A stretch of DNA of 64,000 nt. Origin: Camelus dromedarius (Eukaryota). Position 1 is the stretch's first letter. Each line of letters opens with the position of its first letter. The notes below the pieces were generated by a model, which had not been told where the DNA came from, did no database searches, and saw only the letters and a program-made list of their open reading frames with translations. The DNA lies in the NCBI RefSeq assembly GCF_036321535.1, contig NC_087436.1, positions 113,586,001 through 113,650,000 of the forward strand, read 5' to 3'. This document shows, piece after piece, positions 49,805 through 64,000 of the stretch. The translations under genes and the position numbers were made by a program.

Positions 49805-49905
49805 TGACTGAAGCATTATGCTGTACATCAGAAGTTAACACAGCATTGTAAACTGACTATACATCAGTAAAAAAAAATACATATATGCAAATTTTTTTAA
49901 AAAAG
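49805..49905 (+). mobile_element. Very short LINE-1 3' terminus
   Basis: ttatgctgtacatcagaagttaacacagcattgtaaactgactatacatcagtaaaaaaaaa; GAATTG at 49799-49804 and 49906-49911 may be the TSD. Confidence 0.8.
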
Positions 49906-50339
49906 GAATTGATGTTTTAAGTCAAGACCCCCAGCAACACTGTAAGTTCTCATGCCTGCACGACATAAGATACTTAGCAATTACCACCACACTTTTCCTC
50001 TTTGATTTTAAACTTGATGATTCCTTTGACTGAAATATCCCATTCCTCTCTTTTACCACCTGGCTACCCTTACTGCCTTTGGAAATTCAGCACAGGTATT
50101 TCTCTCCCTTAGAAAGCCTTTCCTGATCCTCTCCAAAGTGATGTACTCTTCCCCCTGTGAGGCCTCATAAAACCTTTATCACAGCACATTGTCTCAGTGG
50201 GCTGTGGTCGCTGAAGTTTTGGTCCATCTTCTCACTCCATGAAGTTCCTTCAGGGGAGGAAGGACCCTTGTCCCCCTCATCTCAACATCGCCAGTGTCTG
50301 CCATGTGCTAGCTGCTCACTGACCTTTCATATTTACATA

Positions 50340-50560
50340 GTCCTTTTTATCACTAGAAAATCACTTTGCCACACAAGAAGTGTATGACCTGACGGAAACC
50401 TGATGAGGTTGGCAGGTGACTATTACAACATTGTTTCAGTCATGGAGACAGTGAAACTCTGAAAGGCTAAGTGACTTTCCCAACATTACCCAGCTTGGGA
50501 TTGCTGGAGCCAACAGCAGAGCCCAGCATTTCTTCCAAAGACCAGGGTTTTTGATGTTGT
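50340..50560 (-). mobile_element. MIR SINE (L2 fragment on + strand at ~49990-50320)
   Basis: ggctaagtgacttttcccaacattacccagc. Confidence 0.7.
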
Positions 50561-51639
50561 TTTTTCTTCCACTGAACTCACCTCTGATGTTGAATTCAAT
50601 ACAGACATGTTGGGTCACCGACAATCACGTTTCGAATTATAGTTCTGATCTTGGTTGAAAAAAGTGTTTTCACTCCAGAGAAGCCATCCAGGAAGAAGCA
50701 TGTGAAAAACAAGATTTTTAGCAAAAAATTCTCAAAGTTTTAAGGCAGGAATTTGTGAGTGGGATACATGAGGTCCTTGAATCCCCTAAGGTTTCTGACA
50801 AAACCTTGTATATATGAGCAATTTTCTGGGAGGAGAATAGGAAGCTTTATCACATCCTCAAAGGGTGAGCGTACCTAAGGCCCCGATTGCCCCTGTGCCG
50901 AGGGACCATTTAGCACTTCCTTGGGGATCTGTAACCTTGTGGACCAATTTCCTCCTTCAGGCCCCCTCCCAGGGCCAGTGGATGTCAAGGCTTGGTGGGA
51001 GGGGGTCTGTGTGGCCCGCTGGCATCCTGTATATTAACACTTCTGCATTGCAGGCGAGCTAATCCGTCTCTTAAGCTGCTTGACTGAGCTTCTTTGCCAG
51101 ATCTGATAGAAGGATTTAACCTTTCCCTTTTCTCTCTTGGCACACACTCAATGGAATCCAAATAAAGAATTAAAGAGACTTGAAAGGGACTTTCCATTAC
51201 CAAACAATTCAGTTTAAATTTCCGACCTTTCCTCTACCTTTTTTTTTTTCCATCCGCTCTTTTCTTCTTCTTCAACATTTGGGATTCAAGGCTGGCATAA
51301 AAGCCCCTGGGGACATGTGGAGAGCCAGAGACCAGGAACGTGAGTGGAATTTTCCAAATTAAGGCGGCTTATTGGCCTTAGTTGCCGAGTGAACTGGGGA
51401 GGCCTGGCTTTCGGGTTACACCTGGGAGGAGGACGCTTTGACATCTGGAAGAGAGTTTTGGCCTTCATGGCTAGAGCAACTCATGCTCCAGCTTCATGGA
51501 GCTCTGCATTTTTTACATCTACCCTGCACTTTCCTTGTTCTGAGTCCTTACTCCCATTGCTCATAGAACGTAAATTCAACACGTCTTAACTGAACAGCTA
51601 TGATGTCAGAAATTGTCCTGGCTTTCAGGGTCATGATAC

Positions 51640-51835
51640 TAGCTAGAACTTAATGGGAGCTTATACGTGCAAAGTATTATGCTGGTCCAATAATACTACA
51701 CCCAGTTTGGTTCCCCATTTGACTGATGTGAATACTGAGGCACAGAGAGGTAAATACATCTCCAGGTTCACACAGACAGGATATGGAAGAACCAGAACAC
51801 AAAGCCATGAAATGGGACTCGAGAGCCAGAAATCA
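51640..51835 (-). mobile_element. MIR SINE
   Basis: ccccatttgactgatgtgaatactgaggcacagagaggtaaa. Confidence 0.8.
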
Positions 51836-52164
51836 GAGTGGAAAGAGACATTAGCGTAGGGCCTGGAACATGCAAAAGAGTCGACAAATTCCAACTATAA
51901 TGATGAGGAGAGGAACGAGTCAGAATAAGAAGACAAATGTATGCCTTAAACTTTAGTTTGAAAAACAGCATTTGTTTTTTTTTATTACCCTGCTAAGAAA
52001 ATCGTAATCCATGTTTATGATAATGCCTTTGGAATTACTCTTACAAAAAGTACCAAATACAGAAGATTTTATAAGATCGCTCTTTCAAATGTGCTAGAAA
52101 AAGTTAAGTCACACGCTATGCAAGGTGATCGAGGGTTTGGATGGAAATATTTAATATTCTTTAT

Positions 52165-52400
52165 AATAACAATAGCTAACACGTACTGAGTGCTTTCCAA
52201 GTGTCAGTTACTATTCTAAGCTCTTATGTTAGCTATTGTTACTCTCTCAATAGCCCTATGAGATGATTACTATTACTATTATTATTCTCCTCTGAGAACA
52301 AGGTTAGGTAGACGAGAGTGAAGCAGCTTGCCTGGGATCATGCACACCAGTGAGCGGTGGAGCCCGATTTCAAATTCATGACCTCTGGTGCGGATCCGGT
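52165..52400 (-). mobile_element. MIR SINE
   Basis: aatagctaacacgtactgagtgctt...gccctatgagatg...cttgcctgggatcatgc. Confidence 0.8.
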
Positions 52401-54225
52401 CCTATTGGCCACATTTACATGCATGGGTCCAAGAGTCCCTCCTTTTTTAGTTATTCTTCTCCATACCTCTTTAGTTGGTTAGTGTAGCCGGGTGTGTAAA
52501 CCTCTGTACAATATCTGGAAATAACGGAATGCTTTTGCTAAGGTACTACAACAGAAGTTAGAAGCCATTTATAGCTAAGACTGAGGGTGAGAGCTGGGAG
52601 ATGCATACAGCACAAGGGAAAGTGATTGAGAGTTATTCTTGCTGAGTGGAAATCCATTTTTTCCTGACTGCCCCCCCTAATAGGAGGTGCTTTGTCCACA
52701 GTTGTCAAATAAAGGAATGAATGCCCAGTGTAGCTGGAATGGAGAACAGAATATGAAATATGAAATAGGTGATGTGGGATTTTTGTTGTGATTTTTCTGT
52801 CCCATTAGCCTTCTAAGAAAATATATTTGGAGAGCAAACTTCAGAGAAAGGGTCCATGATAAAGTGATGCAATTATAGACAAAAGTCCCAACACGAGTGA
52901 CTGGCCGGTCTGAAGATCACTGGACGGGAAATGGTGAGGTGCCTCTCTGTTAGAGCGTCGGTGTTGAGGACTGGGGTTGGAGCATACCACTGTACATCCT
53001 GGGTGGTGCTCACAGCCCCAGGCAAAACCCTTCAGAACAAGAAGTCACCATTCCTCTTTTGGAGGGAATTCTCACCAAATCTTGCTCCCCTTGAAGTTGC
53101 AGCTCCATCGTTATCACAGAAACCAGTAAATTCCTTTGCGGTCAGAGGACGTGTCAGGAGCAGATCAAGAAGCTGAGCCGAAGTTTGAGCCCCACTCCCT
53201 CTGCTTTCCAGGTGTGTGACATTTGTCGAGGCACTAAGCTTCTTTACGCTTCTCTGTGCTTATTTTTCCTGGCTTATCATGGTTGCTCAACAACTTGTCT
53301 GTTCAAAGATAGGGTGAGTTAATTTTTAAGAAGTTCTCTTCTTCTTTCAGGCTTGAGGTAATGAAAAGGTGCAAGAATGGGTGTGAAAAGTCTGTGTGAA
53401 TGGACCCCTCATTCAGTGTTGAAGCCAAGGAGAACTCTGTGCATAACAAGACAGGGACTTCCTTTTGGCGTGTCATTTGGTGCTTCCGTCAGTGTGTTCA
53501 CCAACATGTCATCAGCTTCTCTAAGGTTGCCTGGGGTCTGAGGGAGAAGCCTCCCAAACATCAACAGCCTTATAGAAGTCTTCATTCTGAAAGTATTCTA
53601 TTTTCACTCATTGAACAATGGCTAAATAAATCCAGCCTCATTCTTTAATAACCTACTAAGCAGGTTATAAAATACATGTTTATGAATTTGTCTCAGCCTG
53701 AATTCCAACCAGCTCTTAGAGAGACTCTTAAAAGCGTGTGCATACAGTATCACGGCTGTTAAACTGAATGTTTGCTACTGTTATTCAATCTGCCCAAAAT
53801 TGACATTTAATTTAATAACGTGAGGAAAACCTAAGAAGAAACAGCATGGTTTATTATGTTCAGTCTGTTCCCACCCACAGAGTCCCTCTTTGTTCGGAGG
53901 CCCTTAATATTTTAGATAAAGTTGAATCTTAGGCACTCCCAGCCTCTCTCAGACCTTGTTACAAGACAGATGAGTGAGGCCTCTAGTGGAATTCTGTAAT
54001 TCCAGGCCTTACCCAGGAGAAGTTAGCCATGAAAATTCTAAGAAGACCTTTTAAGTTTAGAGAAGGCATGGACCAATAACTCAGGAAGCCATTTGTAGAG
54101 ATACATTATATATAAGTAAAAATATTTATAAACATCTGTTTATTGATTGATATATGTAGAAAATACAGCTAATATTTTGAAGGCTTAATACATGCAAGTC
54201 TCTGTGCCATGCTTTACATGCAAAC

Positions 54226-54786
54226 TTTAGGTTTCTTTGGCTGAATATGAAATTAACACAGTTAACAGCTCAAAACAACACGTATTTATTACCAGTTAGT
54301 TTCTGTGGGTCAGGGTTCTGAGCTGGGTGCTCTGTTTAGGGACTTACAAGTCTACAACCAAGGTGCCAATAAGGCTGCACTCTCAACTGGAGGCTCAACT
54401 ACGGAATAATCTGCTTTCAAGCTCAGTGGGGTTATTTCCCTGCAGCTTTATGACTGAAGACCCTGACTTCCTACTGATGGTCAGCTGGAGGCTGTGCTCT
54501 GCTCCTGGAAGCTGCCCATGGTTTCCTGACATGTGGCCCCCTCCAGAGGCCGTTCACAACTTGGCTATTTGTTTCCATGAGGCCCACAGGGAAATCTCTT
54601 CCTCTCTTCTGCTAATACCAAGTCTTATATAATGGAACTTAATCATGGGTGTGACAGCCTAACATCTTTGACATATTCTATTGGTTAGAAGCAAGCCATG
54701 CAACACATTCACATTCAGGGGAGGAGATCGCACAGGTAACACCAGGGGACAGAGATCATGGGTGCCATGGTGGGATTATGCCTACT
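54226..54786 (-). mobile_element. MaLR solo LTR (MLT1E/F-like) nested in an antisense MIR (~54165-54980)
   Basis: tttctgtgggtcaggg...tctcaactggaggctcaact...atattctattggttagaagcaag...gatcatgggtgcca. Confidence 0.8.
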
Positions 54787-55159
54787 GAAATACGTAGCCA
54801 AATTTAATTTTCACAACAGCCCTACGAGTCAGATCCCATTACTGTGTTTTTTTTTTAGCACTTAGAGACAAGGAAGCAGGGGAAATTTACAGAGCCAAGA
54901 TAATATGCACAGATGAAGATGTCAAAGCAAGTATTTGAATCTTTATAGTTGGCTGGAAAAACTGGAATTTTAACCACCTGCATTCAAACCATATCTATTT
55001 TTCTGCTTTAAATAACAGAGTGAAGACCTGTTATTTGTTGTATGCAGGACTCCATTCCAATACATACATTTTCTCTTTTCATCTTGACATGAAGCCCAGC
55101 GGGGAGCTGTTATAATCTTTGTTATATAGAAGGGAAAGTTGATGCTTAGAAAGTTGTTT

Positions 55160-55325
55160 CTCTGTGACTCTGGGCAAATTACTTACCTCTCTGAGCTTCA
55201 CCCTCCTCACTGTAAAAGGGAGAATGTAGAATAGTTGTGAGGATTAAATGAGGCAACACAGGTAGAATGTTTAGCTGAGTGTCTGACTCAGACGATTAAC
55301 TCAACAAATGCTAGTTAGTATTGTT
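55160..55325 (+). mobile_element. MIR SINE
   Basis: ctgtgactctgggcaaattacttacctctctgagc...gttgtgaggattaaatgagg. Confidence 0.85.
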
Positions 55326-55989
55326 TTCAAGACTGATGAATTTCCCCTAAGTCTCTGTCTTCAAAGATGTAAAATTTGACAGTCTGAGAGTAGAACAGGT
55401 TATTTTTAAGGACCCGTGCTTCCTCTGCCTCTAGTTAGCTCTGTGGATTTTGATATCTCAGAAAATTGTGTACCAGCTATGTTCCCGGTGACTCTTATTC
55501 GAGGCCTGCTCTTCTCATCCTTGTCCCACAAACTCCTCCCTGAAGTCGATCAAAACCTGAGTGGGTTTCATGGGCATTGTATGTCATGAGTGCACCTCTG
55601 GGACTTGGGACTCTGCCTCCAATCTTACCCTCAAAACCTCTCCACTCCCCTTTCCCTTTTTGCCTTCCCTACTGGGGCCCAGTGACTGGACTATAGGTCT
55701 TCATCCTCCAGCAGGACATAATGAGTGTAGGTTAGATACAGAACTCTATCCCTCAGTCAGAGGTAGTCTAATGGATGGACAGTCTGTTTCCAGTCCTTTA
55801 CTAGCTCTGTGGACGTAAAGAGTAACAGGAACTAGCCTCTGTCCTCCAAGTTTACAATGGGCGAAACTAGAAGCCCTTTTTATGCATGGAAAATTCTCCA
55901 AGGTTTCCTGAGATTAGCAAAAAGATGGAGATCAGGGACTGGTGACAACAAAGATTTCTAGAAAGGCATCAGTTTTGGCACTAGGCCAA

Positions 55990-56175
55990 ACTAGACTCCA
56001 ATCCCAGCTCTGCCTCTTGCTAGCTGTGTGATCCTGGTCAAGAAATTGCTTAATCTCTGGGCCTTGGTTTCCTCACCCATAAGAGAGATATAAGAGTAAC
56101 TTCTTCTTCGTATATTGTTGTGATCTGCAATTGATGAAATCATACAGTAAGAGTGCATCATGAACTGAAAAACGC
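55990..56175 (+). mobile_element. MIR SINE
   Basis: aatcccagctctgcctcttgctagctgtgtgatcctgg. Confidence 0.85.
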
Positions 56176-57309
56176 TCTGCAAATGGGAATTAAGATACAG
56201 GACTGAGATAAATTTCAGAAAAAAAACAATTGGGAAAATCTTGACCTTGGAAAAATTCATGGCACTGACATTTTATAAAGCAATTATCACCTCATTTTCT
56301 TTTCTTTTCCAAAGCAAATCTTTTAAAAATTATGATCACACCATGTTCATACGATTTCCAAGCATGGAAAAACTTGCTGTGGCACTACAGACTATCTTAT
56401 TAGTATTATTTCTTAGGTTAGGAGAATACTGTTGCTTGAGGGGAAACACTGGTCTTATCTGGACACTTAATGTAGACTTCCCATTTATAGATTCAGCTGC
56501 TGTTATTCATATCTGAGTCTGTGTTAGCAGAGTCATTGGGGTTCCAAGAAAACAGTAAACATTTTAAGCACCTCCTATTTAAAGAGTTACAAGACTCCAC
56601 GATAGAGTGTTCACTCTCAGAAGGACCCTTGTGAGTAGTTAAAATAAGGGAAAATAGTAATATAATTCATGGGACAAGTCCTTTGTGGCAAACCCTTACT
56701 TGATTTGGGGGGGAAAATTAAATTTGTTTTGCCTAGCATGTCATTTTGTCAACAAATTAAGTTTGGGTAAATTCCACACTATCTTCTAAGGACCAATGGC
56801 AGATGGTCCAAATGCATACTTTGTTTTGTTTTGCTTCAGTCCTGTAAAAAAAAATTCTGATCAGATTCTACAGTTGGTTCTGGTTTCACAAAGTTTTCCA
56901 TCACATACTTTCATTGTTCATTTTATCAACAGAACATAATTTTTCATCCAGCTTTGACACAACCACCCCCCCAAAATCATTTTGTCCAAATTGATTTCTC
57001 CTCATTTCCCCCACCCTCTACATCCTTATGTAAAAAATAGAATAATTCATATTCAGGCAGAGAAAATGAAGATTCATAATGCATTTTGCTTACTCAGCTA
57101 CTCTTCTGCAGAATCTCAGTGTTATTAAGGAATTTTTACGTCTCCCCTATCCAAGATGCAAGCATCTAAGGTTTTTGGAAGCAGGATTTCTGTATTTACC
57201 TTAATTTAAACAATGACCTCTCAACATCTCAACACCGAATCCATTCTTCTATGCTCTTCCTTTTAGTACTGGGGCTGGGAGCCTCAACCTATGTTTCTGC
57301 TTTGCTAGC

Positions 57310-57582
57310 TGTTAGGATCCACTATTAAAGGGTGTTGGAACCAGACTTGAAGGCAGAACAGGGCAGAAGCAAGCCCTATGTAGTTGCTCGTCATTCCTTT
57401 CCATGTGGCCCCAGAAATGGATCTCAACTGCCCCACCAGCAACAGGCACTGTCCCCAGCCCTGACAATGACAGCTGCTACCTGTTTGCTTTTTCACCTCC
57501 AGCACGCATTTATATATATATATTTTTTCTATTGAAATACCTAGTATGGCGTCTGTTTTCCTAATTGGACCCTGATTGATAC
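57310..57582 (+). mobile_element. Old LTR 3' portion (ERVL/Gypsy-like, family uncertain)
   Basis: Ends ttttctattgaaatacctag...tctgttttcctaattggaccctgattgatac, a typical LTR terminus. Confidence 0.5.
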
Positions 57583-58103
57583 TCATTTCTTCCATTGTCC
57601 TTTTCAGGGACTGTAATGAATGACACAATCTTCAATTTGAAATAATCTTAAAGGTTGTCAAGTCCAAATTCTGTTGCAGTAGAGAAGGGATTTATGAGAA
57701 CTAAATGTTCAGTCATGGACAGCTCTCATTAGAGAGTTTCCAGGGCACTGTGTTTTGGAGAAGTACAAGGTTGTGTGGGATTTGATGGGAGAGAAGTCTA
57801 TGTTTACTCAGTGGTGTCTACTCTTGATGTTGTCAGGCAAAAGGTGCACATCTCAGCCTGGATCGCAGATTCCTTCAGTGAACTCAGGAAAATGAATTCT
57901 TCCTCCCATTGTGACCCTTGTTGCTGGATCACTTGCACATGTAATAACATCTTTCAGATTTAATTTACTAGCTGATGAGGTGAGGTTAGGCCTGTTTTCC
58001 CTTGTCCCCACCACAATTCAGAGTTTTCAATGGGACAGATCCATCCATCTTTCCATGCATCTACTCATCCACTCAGTCTTACATTTTATTTACTTTATTC
58101 AGG

Positions 58104-58504
<401 letters not shown>

Positions 58505-59094
58505 AAGATACTCATCTGTCCTGAGCACTCTGCTAGATTGGGAGGTATAAGACAAGAAAAAAATGGCCTTCCATTTCTAGTTGCTCTATAGAGAAATGGG
58601 GAAGTTTTAGTTGAGTTAATTCTGGAACCTTAAAGGAGGAAATCTGATAAAATTACATAGATGGAGAGTCTTTTGGAAAGAGAACAGCTGATGGAAAGAT
58701 GTGAAGTTGCTGATAGAAAAAAGAAAATGGAATGATTCAGAAACTAAGCAGTTTGTTCAAAACTGAGGAGTTCTGGGAATGAGAGTGCTAAGGTGAAGTA
58801 GAAAGATTGTGATGGGCCCTTTTGAAGGAAAGAGAAATATAGCAATATCTTTGTATGTGCATGTATGTGTTTTTTTAAAGCATTTTGTAGACTCCATGAT
58901 GGAAATGGAGATTATTAAAATTCAGTAATAGCTACTATCTAGCAAAGATACAAGAGAGTATAATCCATGTTCAATACTAAATATAAAATATATATAAAAA
59001 GTAAAATTGTTACTGTCCTAGTCAAGAGTCTCTGATTGCCACTCATTTTTATTAGCCACCTAAAATCATTGTGTCTTAATTAATTATTGAGTGT

Positions 59095-60450
59095 CCATCA
59101 TTCATTCATTCCATAAACGCTCTTTCTGATCTACAATTTGTGGATCCCTCTCATAGGTTTCAGAGCTATCACAGCAAACAAGCTTTTTTTTCTGTGAGCT
59201 TACAGGCTAGTTGCAGAAACAAATGATTAAGTATGAAATTTCAGGGAAGTGATGAGTACTTCAGCAATGAGTATTATTTTAGAATAAGAATAATATGCTT
59301 TGGTGCTATGAGAAATGATGATATAAGAAACAGCACTTAAAATACTAAAATAGCCTAGAAGCTGGAGCCTAGACTTCCAGGAACGTCCCCTAGAAAAGGT
59401 GATGCATCTTAGACCTAAAGATTTAGTAAGGGCTTATGAGAGAGAGGTGATGGAAAACAGTGTTTTGGGCAAAAATAGTAACACATGGGAAGTTTGGAGT
59501 TTGGTGAGAGCTTAGTGTTTTGAGGCCTTGAAAGAAGTCTATTTGACTGGACTACGGATGCTTAAAAAGGGCTGCAGGGGCATGCAGGGGATAAAACTCA
59601 TAGGGCTTTTTATGCCAAAAGAAGCATAGACTTTGTCCAATGAGTAACTGGAAGTCCTTGGATGGTGCAAGTGACAGAGACATGATCTGTTTTGAAAACC
59701 GGTTGCATTACAGACAATTAGTCTAGGGGAGCACCATGAAAGCAGGTGGACTTGTAAGGGGCTGTTATGGTAGTGACAGAGTCTGGAGCCATTTCACTGG
59801 GAGGGAAGAAGTGGTAACATTTCAGAGATGAGCATCTCTCAGGAGATCTTGGGCTGGAGCTATAGATGTACATAGATAGGTGTGTGGATTGCTGTACATG
59901 GATTGCTGTACATGGATTGCTGAATGGTCAGTAAAATAAGAAGAAAATGTCTATTAATTTCCAAATTCATTTATATGTTGTCATGTATGAAATGATAGGG
60001 CAGGGTAATGAACAGGAACATTGGAGGTAGAGAATTCTCTTTAGACTTCGGATATGAAGAGATAGGGGACGGTTGAGAGAGTGTTAGCTGGAAGGGGAAA
60101 AGGAACAATGGATGCCTTTTTTGTTTGTTTCAGTTGGGCAGATTTGAGGATGTTTACCTTTTGATGGCAGAAATGAATAGAAAAGGAGATCAGAAATTAT
60201 ATGAGAGAAGAGGAGGGATAATTAATAGATAAGCCCCTGAGAAAGTTGAAAGTAACGGGATTACACTTCAGGTGGGAGAAGAGATAGTGATTCCACTGTT
60301 ACAAAAAGGAAGAAGAGTTTGTAGATGAAGGGGTTTGGTTTCCAGGTTTCTGATTGTTGGTTTGTTTTTGTATTTATATTGTCTTCACGAGACAGAGGGT
60401 GAGATAATCTGCTTAGGAAAGGGAAGGAATTGGAGGGCTAGTCATTTGAA
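59095..60450 (-). mobile_element. Degenerate L2 LINE fragments
   Basis: cattcattcattcc tail; gtgagcttacaggctagt; gtgacagagacatgatctg. Confidence 0.6.
59885..59922. repeat. 14-bp tandem repeat (TGGATTGCTGTACA) x2.7
   Basis: Read directly. Confidence 0.9.
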
Positions 60451-61489
60451 AATTATTGAAATGAAAAGTTAGGTTGAACCTTATAAAATTTACATGGGTA
60501 TGTATCAGAGAAAAGATAAAGATTCTAAAGTAAGCCTCAATAAATAAATAAATACTTCTGAGCCCAGCAAGTTTTCATCTTTAAGAATTTACTAAGCTTT
60601 CCTTCATTTTCTCCCTTCCTTCTTCTCCATTAGCCAATTAGTATTATTAACACTCTCATCACTTTAACAAAAACTGTTAAATACATTTTTGAGTTTCAGA
60701 TAGACTCTGTTCTCCTCTAGTGAACATAATTATTAACAGATACATTATGTCAGGGAATTGGGGAATCAAATCTATGCCTTTTTATTACTATTGGTTACTG
60801 CTCAGAGGAAGCTAAATCTGACCCATTTATGGAACTGGAAAGCTATTAATAGGACTATTTTTGCACTATTGTTATGACTTTCTTTTTGTTTTACAAAAAA
60901 AAAAAAAAGCCAAATAGGTCAGAAACATATATGTAGCTGAGAACGTCTGATCTTATATATCCCTCTGTCCATTCATCCATCACTTAATAAGCAACCCTCT
61001 GCAAGATGGACTGTCCCTGGTACCAAGAGAGCAACGTACATCAGCCATAGTTCCTGTTTCAAAAACGTTCAGTCTAGTTGGGGAAACAGACTAAATGAGG
61101 AAATATTACAACCGATTATAATACAAAATGCCATATGCCGACCACGTGACAACTCCATCTACAGTGTCCTTTGGGCAAACAGGCTGCAATGCCTCCTGCG
61201 AAGAGTTTCAGAATACTTTCCTGGGTCTGGGGTGATAAGCTAATAGGCATTTTCTGATTCCAACTCTGTTTCATCCCCTTAGAACACATCAAGAACATGA
61301 GGAATGTGCTTGCCACAAAGGAGTCCCCTACAGGGACCCAGTATCTCAGCAGGCAGCAGCAACCATCTAGGTTGGAAGCTGGAATATTGACAAATGGATA
61401 TTTCAGGTTGAGTGTAATCTGAAGAGATAATAACAATCATCATTTACAGAGAAGTAACCTTACGATGAACTTCACGATTAGGTGCTTTA

Positions 61490-62218
61490 TTTTTTATTTT
61501 TTTAAATTGAAGTATAGTCAGTTACAATGTGTCAATTTTTTTTTGTATAGCATAATGTCCAGTTATGCATATATACACATATATTCATTATCATATTCTT
61601 TTTCATTAAAGATTATTAAAAGATATTGAATATAGTTTCCTGTGCTATACAGAAGAAATTTGTTTTCTTAATCTATTTTTATATCTAGTGGTTAACCTTT
61701 TCAAATCTCAAACTCCCAAATTTATCCCATCCCACCCTCTTTTCCCCAGTAATCATAAGATTGTTTACTATGTTTGCGAGTCTGTTTCTGTTTTGTAGAT
61801 AAGTTCATTAGTGTCCTCTTTTTTTTTCTTTTTTTTTTTTTAAGATTCCACATATGAGTGATATCGTATGTTATTTTTCTTTCTCTTTCTGGCTTACTTC
61901 ACTTAAAATGGTGATCTCCAGATCCAGCCATGTTGCCGCAAATGGCATTATTTTATTCTTTTTGATGGCTGAGTAGTATTCCATTGTTTAGATATACCAC
62001 ATCTTCTTTATCCATTCATCTATAGATGGACATTTAGATTGTTTCCATGTCTTGGCTATTGTATGTAGTGCTCCTATGAACATCAAGGTGCATGTATTTT
62101 TTCAAATTAGAGTTCCCTCCAGATATATGCCCAGGAGTGGGATTGCTGGATCATATGGTGAGTCTATCTTTAGTTTTCTGAGGAATCTCCATACTGTTTT
62201 CCATAATGGCTGCACCAC
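61490..62218 (-). mobile_element. 5'-truncated LINE-1 (camelid/artiodactyl-like) inserted in a MIR, with TSD
   Basis: T-rich tail, ttgaagtatagtc, ORF2 C-terminal sequence to ggctgcacca; ATTAGGTGCTTTA 61477-61489 and ATTAGGTGCTCTA 62219-62231. Confidence 0.92.
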
Positions 62219-63354
62219 ATTAGGTGCTCTAGATGCATCTTTTTTTCTCTTCACAACAACAATGTCATGAGGAAGAAATTTTCATCATCAGCACTGTTCA
62301 GATGAAGAATCTGATCTATGTATGTATTTAACATACACTTTCCAGGGTCAAAATGATAGTGACAAGTTGTGCTGGGGTTAAAACTGAGGGGTTTTAGTAC
62401 AACACCTGTTGTCTACTCCACAATGCCTCAGATGCCTTCCTATTTTCTTTTTGTATAGGTAACTACTTGGGGAAAACAAATGGAGCCAAAATGAGGATTT
62501 GATGAAAGTTAAAATCCCAGCCTCTTACTTTCAAGTTCAATATTGGTAATTTTCATGTCCTATGAAATATGTTAAAGTATTTATGCTTTATTACTATCTT
62601 TCTTATTTGCAAAACTTTTTTTTAAACTCTGTTTCTTTTTCAATTGTAAAATGATTTTCAGCCACAGACTGATTCTTTATTCACTAAGGATAACAAAATT
62701 AAAGAACCTTAATATTGAATAGGAAGAGATTACTTGGAACCCCCCAAATAACCTGCAATAGAATTCTTTTAATACTTTTATTACTGCCTCTTTTATTACA
62801 CTTCTTTTATTTTTTCTTAGTATAAAAGTAACAAGCTTATTCAAGAAAATTAAAAAGAACATTCATAATCTCCTCCACTTTGACATCTATTGTTAAAATC
62901 ATTGTATGCATGTCAAGTCTTCCCAGATCTCTCTCTATATATTGTTTTACTATAACAATAAGATTTAATGTAAATACTTTTTTGTTATCTTCTGCAATTT
63001 ATGTCTAAATAATTCCTTGATATTTAAGTTATTCCCATTGTTCACTACCACAAACTACAGAGAACCAAAAAATAGTTAACAGAACATGATTTAGAAACAG
63101 ACTAGCAAAAAGAGTAGAACTCACCTACAACATTATGAGAAAGGCACATTTTTAAAGGCTAATAATCCTACAATGCTTCAAAAATTCCAATTACCTTTTT
63201 TAAAATAAAAATAATTTTTAAAAAATCACTTCACATTTCATCAAATAACTGTCACAGGAGTGTGCGATGGACCATCTGCACCACCCACCTTCATCTCAGG
63301 GACACGGTCCACTTCAACTTTCAAACCGTCCAAAAAAAGATGATTTAGGGGATG

Positions 63355-64000
63355 TCTGTAAACCTGGGACCATCCCTGACTCCTTGGCTACCTCACTCCA
63401 CATCCAACCTATCAGCAATCCTTTCTGCTCTGTATTCAATATGTCCAGGACCTGATCACTTCTCAGTACCTTCATACTTCGTACTGTATTACAAGCCACT
63501 GTCATCTCTCTTCATTGATTTCCTTGCTTCTGGTTACCGTCTTACAGTCTGTTCCTCACACATGGACCAGAGGGATCCTATTAAACTCTCGGTCAGATTA
63601 TTTCACACCTCTATTCAAGTGTCCTTCATCTTGTTCGAAGCAAACACCAAAGTACTCACGTGGCGTGGCATGCCAGGCCCCCCAGGGTCTGCTCTTGACC
63701 GGTCCCCTCTCTGACTCATATCCTAGTACTCATCTCCTCACCTGCTCCACTCCTGCCACATGGGCTCCTGGATCTTCCTCTAACACGTGGAGCATTCCCT
63801 TGCTTCAGAGCCCTTGTGTTTGCATGTTCCTGGGATGCTCTTTTCCACGTGGCTTAGTTCCTCACAACTTGCAAGTCTTTGCTCAAATGTTACCTCCACT
63901 ACATCACTTCCTCTGATAACTCCATTCACTTGCAACCTTTTTTATCTCCCTATCCTGTTCCCCTGTTTCCTTTCACTGTTTATCACTTATCAATCTTTTT
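63355..64000 (+). mobile_element. L2 LINE fragment (continues past the window)
   Basis: aaacctgggaccatccctgactcc...catccaacctatcagcaa...cagagggatcctattaaa...tttgctcaaatgttacct. Confidence 0.85.

Noticed and set aside
52890..53176. CpG-containing, exon-looking stretch
   Set aside because: Translations on both strands match no protein I recognise and lack convincing paired splice sites; a non-coding exon cannot be excluded

Overview
Mammalian non-coding DNA (intergenic or deep intronic). I find no CpG island, no credible protein-coding exon and no tRNA/rRNA/snRNA gene. Every listed ORF is explained by chance, simple repeats or LINE-1 ORF2 remnants. The window is dense in ancient eutherian repeats: MIR, L2, MaLR/MLT1, ERVL-type LTRs and hAT MER elements. 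Younger LINE-1 3' ends resemble, from memory, artiodactyl/camelid L1 families. I saw no Alu, B1/B2, BovA/BovB, PRE-1 or Can-SINE, so a camelid is a plausible but unverified source. I found no evidence for a new biological system. The most informative structures are: two 5'-inverted (twin-primed) L1 insertions, several nested insertions with readable target-site duplications (TSDs), a two-LTR ancient MaLR provirus, a 401-nt pure pyrimidine tract, and several repeat-free islands with clustered transcription-factor motifs (best at ~8.1-8.7 kb and ~46.2-46.8 kb). Repeat subfamily names come from recalled consensus sequences and boundaries are approximate; both need RepeatMasker/Dfam confirmation.
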